Part shown: piece by piece, positions 40,767-49,102 of the stretch
How the letters are laid out: each line of letters opens with the position of its first letter
Numbering within the stretch: the stretch's first letter is position 1
NCBI GenBank assembly: GCA_036666555.1
Contig: JAVWVS010000004.1
Coordinates: forward strand, 42,731-106,730
Reading direction: 5' to 3'
Length of the DNA stretch: 64,000 nucleotides
Origin: Lachnospiraceae bacterium
GTDB lineage: Bacteria; Bacillota; Clostridia; Lachnospirales; Lachnospiraceae
Notes under the pieces: model-generated
The model's database searches: none
What the model saw: only the letters and a program-made list of their open reading frames with translations
What the model was told of the DNA's origin: nothing
Translations under genes and position numbers: made by a program

Positions 40767-41624
40767 ATGAAATATATTGAATACAAAGAGCATAAAAAAC
40801 ACGGCACCTTAGACTTTCCCGTTGAATTTTATCATGTCACCCCCAGCCATCCGCGATATCAAATGTCCTATCATTGGCATATGGAACATGAAATTATTCG
40901 GATTATCAAGGGTGAACTGTTAGTCACCATCGAAGAGCAGGAATTTACTGCCTGTTCCGGTGATGTTGTCTTCGTCCATGGTGGCGTACTGCATGGTGGT
41001 ATTCCGGATCAATGTATCTACGAATGTATCGTATTTGATTTGGAAACATTAGTGAAACATGCCTATGTGTGCCAAAAAGAAATGCAGGGAATTGTCACCC
41101 ATTCCTTATTGGTCCAGAATCTGTTTACGTCTTCGGATAATGAATTTCATAAAATTGCCGGAACTTTATTTGAAACCATGCGAAGTAAAGGAACCGGTTA
41201 TGAGCTTACCATTTTAGGCTGCTTTTATCAATTATTTGGCTGTATTTTAAAAAATCATTATTACGTACCCTCTTCCGAAGAACCAGCCAAAAACAGCAAA
41301 CGGATTCTGCAGTTAAAAAAAGCCTTGGAATTGATCGAAACCGCTTATCCGGACTGCATTACTTTGGACGACCTTGCAAAAGTGGCCGGCATGAATTCCA
41401 AATATTTTTGCCGTTTCTTTCAGGAAATGACCCACCGCACTCCCATTAATTACCTGAACTATTATCGAGTAGAACGTGCCTGTTTTGAATTGGTCACCTC
41501 GGAAGCTTCCATCACGGAGGTCGCACTCAATTGCGGTTTTAATGACAGCAGTTATTTTGTGAAAACATTTAAAAAATTCAAAGGAATTACGCCAAAAAAA
41601 TACTTGTCCGGGCTACCGCATTAG
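40767..41624 (+). CDS. AraC-family transcriptional regulator (cupin sensor + HTH)
   Basis: 285 aa. N-terminal cupin-like domain and C-terminal AraC HTH (GFNDSSYFVKTFKKFKGITPKKY). Divergent from fucI. Confidence 0.9.
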   Translation: MKYIEYKEHKKHGTLDFPVEFYHVTPSHPRYQMSYHWHMEHEIIRIIKGELLVTIEEQEFTACSGDVVFVHGGVLHGGIPDQCIYECIVFDLETLVKHAYVCQKEMQGIVTHSLLVQNLFTSSDNEFHKIAGTLFETMRSKGTGYELTILGCFYQLFGCILKNHYYVPSSEEPAKNSKRILQLKKALELIETAYPDCITLDDLAKVAGMNSKYFCRFFQEMTHRTPINYLNYYRVERACFELVTSEASITEVALNCGFNDSSYFVKTFKKFKGITPKKYLSGLPH

Positions 41625-41643
41625 CTCCGAACAAGTATACTCT

Positions 41644-42789
41644 TTACCAAAGTCTTCGATACATCTGCATGATGGCTTCTTTATCTGCTGTACGGGGGTT
41701 CGTCCCGGTACATGCATCTGCCATGGCTGCCTCTGCCATCGTCTCTACTTTACTCATATAGGCATCAATGGAAATCGTGCCAATTTCTGATATTTTCATG
41801 GGCATATCCATTTCTTTTAACATAAATTGTGTCCAGGATACCAAGGAACGGACACTCATAATCTTATTATAACTGCTTAAGCCTAGAATATGTGCAATGG
41901 TCGCATAGCGTTTCACTGCCGGCAAATAATCTTTTTGGCTTCTGCTTTGCTTGTGAATATCTGTATTGTATTCAATGATATGGGGTAATAACATAGCGTT
42001 GGCACGTCCATGAGGAATATGAAACTGTGCGCCCAACTGATGTGCCATCCCATGATTGAGTCCCAGAGATGCAGAGTTAAATGCAAGCCCTGCCAAACAA
42101 GACGCCACATGCATCTTTTGTCTCGCATGAGTATCTTGTCCATCTAAAAAGGCGCGAAGCAAAAACACGCCACAGATTTCAATGGATTTTTCTGCCAGTG
42201 CTGAAGAAAATTCATTGTGTTCCGTACTCACATAAGCCTCCAACGCATGGGTGAATACATCCATACCGGTATCTGCCGTAATAGCCGGTGGAACGCTTTT
42301 CACCAGCTCCGCATCTAAAATAGCTTCATCTGCTGTTAGGCTGTCCGATACTAGCGGATACTTAATCTGGGCTTTGGTATCATTCACCACTGCAAAAGAA
42401 GTTACTTCGGAACCGGTTCCGCTGGTGGTAGGAATCGCAATCAGACCCACCTCTGCGTAATGGTTGATTTTCAAAGCAAATTCCCGAATACTTTTCGAAG
42501 AATCAATGGCTGAGCCTCCGCCCACTGCGACAATTGCCTCCGGCTGGTACTCTAGGAATTTCTTCACTCCGGTAATAATTTTATCCATTGGTGCATCGGG
42601 TACCACATCACTAAAAATGTCATAAGCGATTCCACCTTTTTTCAAAGGTTCTGTAATCATACTAATCAAGGGTCCTGTTAAAATAAAGGGATCTGTAATA
42701 ATCAATACTCTTTGGTAAGGTAAATTGCTCAAACGCTCCAATGCATGATCACCAAAATGTATTTTTGTCTTAATTTCAAAAGTTTTCAT
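41644..42789 (-). CDS. Iron-containing alcohol dehydrogenase (lactaldehyde reductase FucO / PduQ-like)
   Basis: 381 aa. GGGSAIDSSK and metal-binding His motifs (HGMAHQLG, HGRANA). No N-terminal targeting helix. Confidence 0.85.
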   Translation of the reverse strand: MKTFEIKTKIHFGDHALERLSNLPYQRVLIITDPFILTGPLISMITEPLKKGGIAYDIFSDVVPDAPMDKIITGVKKFLEYQPEAIVAVGGGSAIDSSKSIREFALKINHYAEVGLIAIPTTSGTGSEVTSFAVVNDTKAQIKYPLVSDSLTADEAILDAELVKSVPPAITADTGMDVFTHALEAYVSTEHNEFSSALAEKSIEICGVFLLRAFLDGQDTHARQKMHVASCLAGLAFNSASLGLNHGMAHQLGAQFHIPHGRANAMLLPHIIEYNTDIHKQSRSQKDYLPAVKRYATIAHILGLSSYNKIMSVRSLVSWTQFMLKEMDMPMKISEIGTISIDAYMSKVETMAEAAMADACTGTNPRTADKEAIMQMYRRLW

Positions 42790-42801
42790 ACTTTCTATCC
42801 T

Positions 42802-43569
42802 CTATTCTTCCGGATACAGACACTGTACACCCGTCTGTTCAAATAGGGTCATCCATTTTTTATCCGGTTTTCTATCTGTTACCACGGTGGTAATCTCTTT
42901 TAATTCTCCTACTTTAGAAAAGGCGATTTTCCCGAACTTAGACCCATCCACCACCAACACGCCAGACTTTGCTGCACGAAGCATGGCTTGTTTTACCTGG
43001 GAAAGCTGCTCATTGGAATCAGTGAATCCTTTCTGCTCTTCCAATCCTTTGCAGGAAACAAAAGACAAATCTACATTATAGGAATTGACATTATCAATGG
43101 TCTTTGGACCTAGCAATGCTAAATATCCTGCCTTTGCCGAACCACCGGTCATAATCACATCCCAATCCGTCAGATCTGAAAGTTCAATGACGATTTCAAT
43201 GGAGTTGGTAATTACAGTCAGTCGTTCCTTATGTTTGATTGCCTTTGCAATAAAAATAGCTGTAGTGCTTGCATCCAACATAATCCGGTCTCCATCATGA
43301 ATCAGGGTCGCTGCTAATTCTGCGACTTTCTGTTTGCCGGAAACATTATGTTTTCTTCTCACATTAAAAGGCATATCAATATTGGTATTCTCATTTAAAA
43401 CGGCTCCCCCATAACTTTTCGTGGCTAAGCCGTCCCGATCTAATTTATCCAAATCCCTTCGAATCGTTTCTTCCGATACCCTATAGATTTGGCTTAATTC
43501 ACTGACGACCACTCTTTTTTCTTCCTGTAATGTTTCTAAGATTAGATTTCGTCTTTCCACTGCAAGCAT
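42802..43569 (-). CDS. DeoR-family transcriptional regulator (FucR-like)
   Basis: 255 aa. wHTH VSEETIRRDLDKL and a sugar-phosphate-binding C-domain. Embedded in the BMC operon. Confidence 0.9.
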   Translation of the reverse strand: MLAVERRNLILETLQEEKRVVVSELSQIYRVSEETIRRDLDKLDRDGLATKSYGGAVLNENTNIDMPFNVRRKHNVSGKQKVAELAATLIHDGDRIMLDASTTAIFIAKAIKHKERLTVITNSIEIVIELSDLTDWDVIMTGGSAKAGYLALLGPKTIDNVNSYNVDLSFVSCKGLEEQKGFTDSNEQLSQVKQAMLRAAKSGVLVVDGSKFGKIAFSKVGELKEITTVVTDRKPDKKWMTLFEQTGVQCLYPEE

Positions 43570-43593
43570 TTCGTCCGCCCCCCTTTTTCTCTA

Positions 43594-44142
43594 TTATAAA
43601 ATAGAACGAATCGTTTGTTCATCCGGATGTGCAATGACTGAATAATCCAAGACCATACCCTCTAAAGCGATGGCTGCTTTGGCTTTTTCAATGGCTGCAC
43701 TCACTGCCGATACTTCTCCGGTCAGAAGCATATAAGATTTTCCACACATTCCTTTTGCAATACGAAGTTCAATTAACTTCACAATTGCTGTTTTCGCCGC
43801 AATATCTGCCGCTACAATAATCGATGCTGCATCATAAGTTTCTAGGATGCCAAGCGCACTGACTTTTTCTACTACAGAGGTTCCATAAATAGCAGGGAAG
43901 ATATCCTCATGAGGGTTTCCCAATACGAAACTATCAATCAATTGTTCTGGATACGAAACTTTCGCAGTATCTACTGCTGCAGAAACCGCACTTAAATCTC
44001 CGGACACAATAGCAATATATTTACCGGGACAAACTGTCTGTGCCTCTACTATTTCTACCTGTGCCGTTTTAACCATGGCATCTGCGGCCGTAATACCGCT
44101 TGCCACCGTTTTAAATTCAATCATGCCAATTGCTCTACTCAT
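43594..44142 (-). CDS. pduT: Tandem-BMC-domain shell protein (PduT-like)
   Basis: Two BMC domains. The first carries TVCPGKY, the position of the Fe-S ligand Cys in PduT. Start is uncertain: ATG 44142 or GTG 44151. Confidence 0.85.
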   Translation of the reverse strand: MSRAIGMIEFKTVASGITAADAMVKTAQVEIVEAQTVCPGKYIAIVSGDLSAVSAAVDTAKVSYPEQLIDSFVLGNPHEDIFPAIYGTSVVEKVSALGILETYDAASIIVAADIAAKTAIVKLIELRIAKGMCGKSYMLLTGEVSAVSAAIEKAKAAIALEGMVLDYSVIAHPDEQTIRSIL

Positions 44143-44158
44143 ACCGTACACGCCTTTC

Positions 44159-45490
44159 CTACTTCACTTTTTGTATCATTACATAAGTATCATTGACTTC
44201 CATTACTTTTCCGGTTATGGAAGCATGAATACCCACACTCAGTCCATTTGCCGGTGCTCCAATCATCTGACCGGTTTCCACCATATCCCCTTTTGCTACC
44301 ACTGCTTTTGCAGGTGCTCCAATATGCTGGTTGAGTAAGATTTTCACCTGATTCATAGACACTACCGTATCCGTAAGAGGTGCTTCTACATTATATTTTG
44401 CAAGTCCCAGTCGGGCTTCTAACCGTTCTTCGGGAGCTTTTCGGTATTCTCTGGATTCTTTTACCGGTGTGGGCTGTACATCGGAAGGTACTTTGATACC
44501 CGCCTTTCGTAGTCCCAATTTATATTCCGCCATCAAAGACCTTGGTGAAAGTCCCTGTGGGCAAGAAAACAATTCGCACAATCCGCAAGAGCTGCAGAAC
44601 ATGGTATTGATAAATGGATTCAGATTCTGAAAATCTTGATTGGAAGCCGCTCTCATAAACAAATGCGGTTCTATCGGATGTCCCAGTGCATGTCTCGGAC
44701 AAAGATCAGTACACATCTGACATTGGCAGCAAGTGGATGCCGCCCGATTCATTTCAATCGATATTTTGCTGTTTTTTTTCTGTACCAACAAATGATCTTT
44801 TGGCAAAACCAAAATGGCATTGGTGGTCTTGGTCACCGGTTGGTCTCCGGTTCCAATATTTCCCATCATAGGACCTCCGATAAAATAAACCGGATCTTCT
44901 ACCGTAGTCTCTCCCGCCAGTGCTACCACCTCTTCCATCGTACATCCAATAGGAACACGTACGGTAATAGGGTGTGAAACTTCCGCAACCACAGACACGA
45001 CTTTGTCCGTAACCGGCTGCTGAAATTCCAGTGCGCGATAAATATTGTAGATTGTCTCTACATTGAATACAGCCACTCCTTGTTCGATGGGCAGTCCACC
45101 GGGTCTTACCACTTTCCCCACAGCTTCGTAGATCAAGACTACTTCATCACCCATGGGATATACGCCATCCAGTAAATGGATACGCACATTTGGAAACTCT
45201 CCGATACACCCACGCAAAGCTTGAATGGTTGCTTGATATTCCTTTTTAATTCCGATGACAGCCTCAGAAGCCTTTACGGTATCCGCAATCATACTGAATG
45301 TTTTTACAATTTCATACGCATGTTGTTCTAGTAGCTGTCTGTGCAATTTTAATAATGGTTCACATTCTGCGCAATTGAGAATGATTGTGTCGGCCCGTTC
45401 ATCTAACTTGACATACGTTGGAAATCCGGCTCCACCTGCTCCCACAATTCCATTATCTTGAATTAATTTGCTCAATTCTTTTATGTTCAT
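44159..45490 (-). CDS. pduS: PduS/RnfC-like flavo-iron-sulfur oxidoreductase
   Basis: 443 aa. GAGGAGFPT, two ferredoxin motifs (CCQCQMCTDLCP and CSSCGLCELFSCP) and a C-terminal barrel-sandwich domain. Confidence 0.85.
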   Translation of the reverse strand: MNIKELSKLIQDNGIVGAGGAGFPTYVKLDERADTIILNCAECEPLLKLHRQLLEQHAYEIVKTFSMIADTVKASEAVIGIKKEYQATIQALRGCIGEFPNVRIHLLDGVYPMGDEVVLIYEAVGKVVRPGGLPIEQGVAVFNVETIYNIYRALEFQQPVTDKVVSVVAEVSHPITVRVPIGCTMEEVVALAGETTVEDPVYFIGGPMMGNIGTGDQPVTKTTNAILVLPKDHLLVQKKNSKISIEMNRAASTCCQCQMCTDLCPRHALGHPIEPHLFMRAASNQDFQNLNPFINTMFCSSCGLCELFSCPQGLSPRSLMAEYKLGLRKAGIKVPSDVQPTPVKESREYRKAPEERLEARLGLAKYNVEAPLTDTVVSMNQVKILLNQHIGAPAKAVVAKGDMVETGQMIGAPANGLSVGIHASITGKVMEVNDTYVMIQKVK

Positions 45491-45505
45491 GCTAACACTC
45501 CAATT

Positions 45506-45760
45506 CTATATTTCGTCCACAATACCTACAATTGCTGCGTCCACCGGGGCTTGCTCTACACCGCATCCGATTCTGGCTGCACTTCCCTGTGCGACCAAAA
45601 CAATTTCACCCACTCCAGCTCCGATGTTATCAATGGCAACCAATTGATTGGTATTTGCTTTCATCGTATCCAGTGGCTCAACAATCATCAGTTTATTGCC
45701 CACCAGTTTATCACTTTTCCTTGTAGATACAATACTTCCCACTACCTTACCAATAATCAT
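45506..45760 (-). CDS. pduN: BMC vertex pentamer protein (EutN/CcmL/PduN family)
   Basis: 84 aa from ATG 45760 (GGAGGT 4 nt upstream). MIIGKVVGSIVSTRK...LVAIDNIGAGVGEIVLV is typical of the family. Confidence 0.9.
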   Translation of the reverse strand: MIIGKVVGSIVSTRKSDKLVGNKLMIVEPLDTMKANTNQLVAIDNIGAGVGEIVLVAQGSAARIGCGVEQAPVDAAIVGIVDEI

Positions 45761-45795
45761 GTTTACCTCCATCTTTTCGCTGACAATTCCTAACG

Positions 45796-46440
45796 TTAAG
45801 AGATAATTGTCACGGTTTGCCCACACTTGATATTACTTGCATTCGCTTCATCGGTATCGATATGCATCTCCAAGGTAAAGCTTTCGTCTACTCTGATTTT
45901 AACGTGATTGAAAATAGTTCCACGTTCGTTATCTGCCTTTACGGATACAATATCTCCATCATGTACGCCGGCTGCCTGTGCATCTGCAGGAGACATATGA
46001 ATATGTCGCATTGCCACAATACATCCTTCTGTTAAATAGAGTGCTCCTTTGGGACCGACAATGGCGATAGATGCAGAACCAGCCACATTTCCGGATTCTC
46101 GAATAGGTGCTTTGATACCCAGTTTAATAGCATCCGTCGCAGATATTTCTACCTGTGATGCTTTTCTAACCGGTCCTAATATTCTCACATTTTCTATAGC
46201 TCTAAGCTTTAAACCTACGATAGTAACTGTTTCATTCGAAGCATATTGTCCACCCATAAGTTCTTTTTTCTTGGTTAATTGATATCCTTCTCCAAACAAT
46301 GCTTCCACATGTTCCTGAGTCAAATGGATATGTCTTGCAGAAATTCCGATAGGAACCATGTATCCATTACTGGATGTTTCATTTTTATTAATGGCTTCTA
46401 TTACCATTTTTGTAATCAATTCAATATTGTTCGTCTCCAA
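45796..46440 (-). CDS. pduL: Phosphate propanoyltransferase PduL
   Basis: Duplicated PduL motifs GISARHIHL and VAMRHIHMS. My chosen TTG at 46440 has AGGTG 5 nt upstream and gives the N-terminus M-ETNNIELITKMVIEAINK. The ORF-track TTG at 46491 lacks an SD. Confidence 0.82.
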   Translation of the reverse strand: METNNIELITKMVIEAINKNETSSNGYMVPIGISARHIHLTQEHVEALFGEGYQLTKKKELMGGQYASNETVTIVGLKLRAIENVRILGPVRKASQVEISATDAIKLGIKAPIRESGNVAGSASIAIVGPKGALYLTEGCIVAMRHIHMSPADAQAAGVHDGDIVSVKADNERGTIFNHVKIRVDESFTLEMHIDTDEANASNIKCGQTVTIIS

Positions 46441-46536
46441 ATTGACACCTGCTCTCTTTATCAAAATAGTAATAGCCCGGCATGGTGCCAAGCAATTGTA
46501 CCAATCGCTTGGCGCGCGGGCTAAGGCTTTGTTTCA

Positions 46537-46920
46537 TTATTTTACTGTTGGTAAAATCAATTCTACATCTGAATGTGGTCTTGGGATGACATGTGTTGCG
46601 ACTAATTCGCCAAGTCCTGATGCGCTGTTTGCGCCGGCTTCTACTGCTGATTTTACAGCACCTACATCTCCACGTACCATAACGGTTACTAATCCAGAAC
46701 CAATTCTTTCTGTTCCTACCAATACTACATTGGCTGCTTTACACATTGCATCTGCTGCTTCTACTGCTGCTACCAAACCTCTTGTTTCTACCATTCCTAA
46801 TGCTTCTTGTGACATTCTTTTTTCCTCCTTTTTCACTGTTGTTTCTTTATTGGCTGCTACTTTTCTGGCATTAATTTTTGCCGCTGTTTTTGCCGGAGCT
46901 TTTGCTGTCTCTGTTGCCAT
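46537..46920 (-). CDS. BMC-H shell protein (PduA/J-like) with a possible 35-aa Lys/Ala-rich N-terminal extension
   Basis: BMC domain [14 protein letters not shown]...KIGSG-type loop ([18 protein letters not shown]). Two SD-backed starts: ATG 46920 (AGGAGG 8 nt upstream) and ATG 46815 (AAGGAGG 8 nt upstream). Confidence 0.9.
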   Translation of the reverse strand: MATETAKAPAKTAAKINARKVAANKETTVKKEEKRMSQEALGMVETRGLVAAVEAADAMCKAANVVLVGTERIGSGLVTVMVRGDVGAVKSAVEAGANSASGLGELVATHVIPRPHSDVELILPTVK

Positions 46921-46932
46921 ATTTTTGTCCTC

Positions 46933-47217
46933 CTATTTAAACCGACTGGCGCTTTTATTGACCAATCGCACAATTTCCTCATGGGGACTCGCTATAACGC
47001 CTACTGCTACAGGCTCCTTAATTGCATTTGCCTTGGCGGTTTCTACCGCTTGCGTGACAGCGGATACGTCACCTTCTATCACAATGGTAACTAATCTTCC
47101 GCCCAGCTTTCTCTCCCAGGTAGCCAATTCTACATCTGCCGTTTTGCACATAATATCCAGCGCATCCACTGCTGCGACTACACCTGTGATTTCAATAAAG
47201 CCATATGATTTTCCCAT
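46933..47217 (-). CDS. BMC-H shell protein
   Basis: 94 aa. Single BMC domain (SYGFIEITGVVAAVDALDIMCKTADVEL...LVTIVIEGDVSAV). AAAGGAG upstream. Confidence 0.9.
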   Translation of the reverse strand: MGKSYGFIEITGVVAAVDALDIMCKTADVELATWERKLGGRLVTIVIEGDVSAVTQAVETAKANAIKEPVAVGVIASPHEEIVRLVNKSASRFK

Positions 47218-47233
47218 GAATGAACTCCTTTAA

Positions 47234-47509
47234 TTAGATTGTCGGAAGAATTTTTTCTACGTCTGAATGTGGTCTTGGGATGACATGCGTTGCAACTAAT
47301 TCTCCCAATCTGCTTGCTGCTGCAGAACCGCTTTCTACTGCTGCTTTGACAGCTCCTACATCACCACGTACCATAACAGTTACTAATCCAGAACCAATTT
47401 TCTCTGTTCCCACTAATTTCACTTCTGCTGCTTTGGTCATTGCATCTGCTGCCTCGATTGCTGCTGTAAGTCCTCTTGTTTCTACCATTCCTAATGCTTC
47501 TTGTGACAT
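47234..47509 (-). CDS. BMC-H shell protein (PduA/J-like)
   Basis: 91 aa. [24 protein letters not shown]...[28 protein letters not shown] upstream. Confidence 0.93.
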   Translation of the reverse strand: MSQEALGMVETRGLTAAIEAADAMTKAAEVKLVGTEKIGSGLVTVMVRGDVGAVKAAVESGSAAASRLGELVATHVIPRPHSDVEKILPTI

Positions 47510-47552
47510 TTTTATTTCCTCCTGATATTCTTTTTCTATTTTTTAGGTTCCA

Positions 47553-47867
47553 TTACTGCTTATCAAATGCGCTTAGTTTCAGCATTTTTTCAGTGTCTTC
47601 GGTTGGTCTTGGAATAACATAAGACTGTACGACACCGGTCAAACTTTTCGCCATTTGGATTCCTGCTTCCATTGCCGCCTCTACATCTGCGATACTTCCG
47701 CGGAATTTAATGGTGACTAAAAGCGGTACAGGGAGCTCATCTGCATTGCCTGGTTTATTTTTATCAAAATTCTCCAATCGTACATTTGCTGCTTTGCATC
47801 CTGCGTCGGCTGCCATAAATGCACAGGTCAGTCCAAACACTTCCAAAATTCCTACTGCTTCTCCCAT
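47553..47867 (-). CDS. Divergent BMC-H shell protein with an enlarged pore-loop region
   Basis: 104 aa. BMC-domain ends are conserved (GEAVGILEVFGL...LVTIKFRGSIADVEAAMEAG), but KIGSG is replaced by ENFDKNKPGNADELPVPL. Confidence 0.8.
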   Translation of the reverse strand: MGEAVGILEVFGLTCAFMAADAGCKAANVRLENFDKNKPGNADELPVPLLVTIKFRGSIADVEAAMEAGIQMAKSLTGVVQSYVIPRPTEDTEKMLKLSAFDKQ

Positions 47868-47881
47868 GTGATATCTCCTGC

Positions 47882-49087
47882 CTATTTATTAAGAATCGCA
47901 ATCTTAAGTCCTGCCATTGCTAAGTTGGTCTTATGCGCTTCGTTGATTTCTGATAGTGGGAAGGTGTGTGTGATTAGCTTTTCCATAGGAAGTCCAATCT
48001 TTTTCGCACTCTTTAAGAAATCAAATGTAGTTGCATAGTCTCTTAAAGTATACACCCAAGAGCCTACTAATGTAATCTCTTTTGAACAAATATCAAAATG
48101 TGGATTGATTGTTGCATCTCCACCATTGATAAAGAATCCTAATTCACAAAGACCTCCACCATTGCGGATGAATTTATAGATATTCGCATGTGCTACCGGT
48201 GAGCCAGTACATTGGAAAGCGAAATCTGCTAAGTGTCCGCCAAATGCATTTTCCACCCCTTTTGCTAATGCGTCCAAACCTTTGTGATCTTTAAAGTTCA
48301 CCGTATCGGTTGCACCTAATTCTTTTGCAAAATCAAGTCTCTTCTGTTCTCCGTCCACAGCAACGATATTAGCAACACCCATGGTGCGAAGAATAGCTAT
48401 ACAGATCAGTCCGATTGGCCCACATCCTTGTACCACCACTCTACTGTTGAAACGAAGGATTCCGGTTGTTTTTGCTCTTTCCACTGCGTGAATCAATACG
48501 GCACAAGGCTCAATCAAAATACGGGAAGAAAGATCTAAATCACTGACGTTAAAGATAGTCGAACCACCGCGAATCAATATGTAATCGGAAAACCATCCGT
48601 TTAAATGAATGTCATCATCCGGAAGTAAGCCATATACATCTGCTCCACCTACATTTTGTTTGTTCAAATCATACATGGTAATGTCTGGGTTGTCTTTGAA
48701 AATCATACAAGATACTACTTTATCACCTAAATGTAAGTCTTTTCCTGCACTATCTTTTTGAACGTTTTTACCCATTTTTACAATTTCGCCGGTTCCTTCA
48801 TGACCAAGTACTACCGGAATCAGATTAAATGGGTCTTTTTTGAATTCGTGAGCATCGGTTCCACAGATTCCACAGCCTTCTACTTTTACCAGCATATCGT
48901 CATCCCCAATTTCTGGGATAGGATATTCTTTGATTTCATAATGTTCCAGTTCCGTAAGCATTGCCACATGTGCTGTCTTCGGAATCGAACCTGATGCTAC
49001 CGGTGCTGACGGTGTAGCATTCTGACCGGTCATGCCTGAGAGAACTTGTTTCACAATCTCTTCAATATTTACTGAATTTACATCCAT
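47882..49087 (-). CDS. Zinc-dependent (MDR family) alcohol dehydrogenase with an N-terminal targeting-helix-like extension
   Basis: 401 aa. CGICGTDAHEF, GHEGTGEIV and GCGPIGL motifs. About 45 extra N-terminal residues begin MDVNSVNIEEIVKQVLSGM. Confidence 0.85.
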   Translation of the reverse strand: MDVNSVNIEEIVKQVLSGMTGQNATPSAPVASGSIPKTAHVAMLTELEHYEIKEYPIPEIGDDDMLVKVEGCGICGTDAHEFKKDPFNLIPVVLGHEGTGEIVKMGKNVQKDSAGKDLHLGDKVVSCMIFKDNPDITMYDLNKQNVGGADVYGLLPDDDIHLNGWFSDYILIRGGSTIFNVSDLDLSSRILIEPCAVLIHAVERAKTTGILRFNSRVVVQGCGPIGLICIAILRTMGVANIVAVDGEQKRLDFAKELGATDTVNFKDHKGLDALAKGVENAFGGHLADFAFQCTGSPVAHANIYKFIRNGGGLCELGFFINGGDATINPHFDICSKEITLVGSWVYTLRDYATTFDFLKSAKKIGLPMEKLITHTFPLSEINEAHKTNLAMAGLKIAILNK

Positions 49088-49102
49088 ATTAGTTCCACCT
49101 TT

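Noticed and set aside
46358-47233. A 291-aa open reading frame on the plus strand spanning three BMC-H genes.
   Set aside because: It is antisense to well-supported shell genes. Its translation is low-complexity (Ala/Ser/Thr-rich), as expected from the reverse complement of Ala/Val/Gly-rich coding sequence. It has no SD. I treat it as a compositional artefact.
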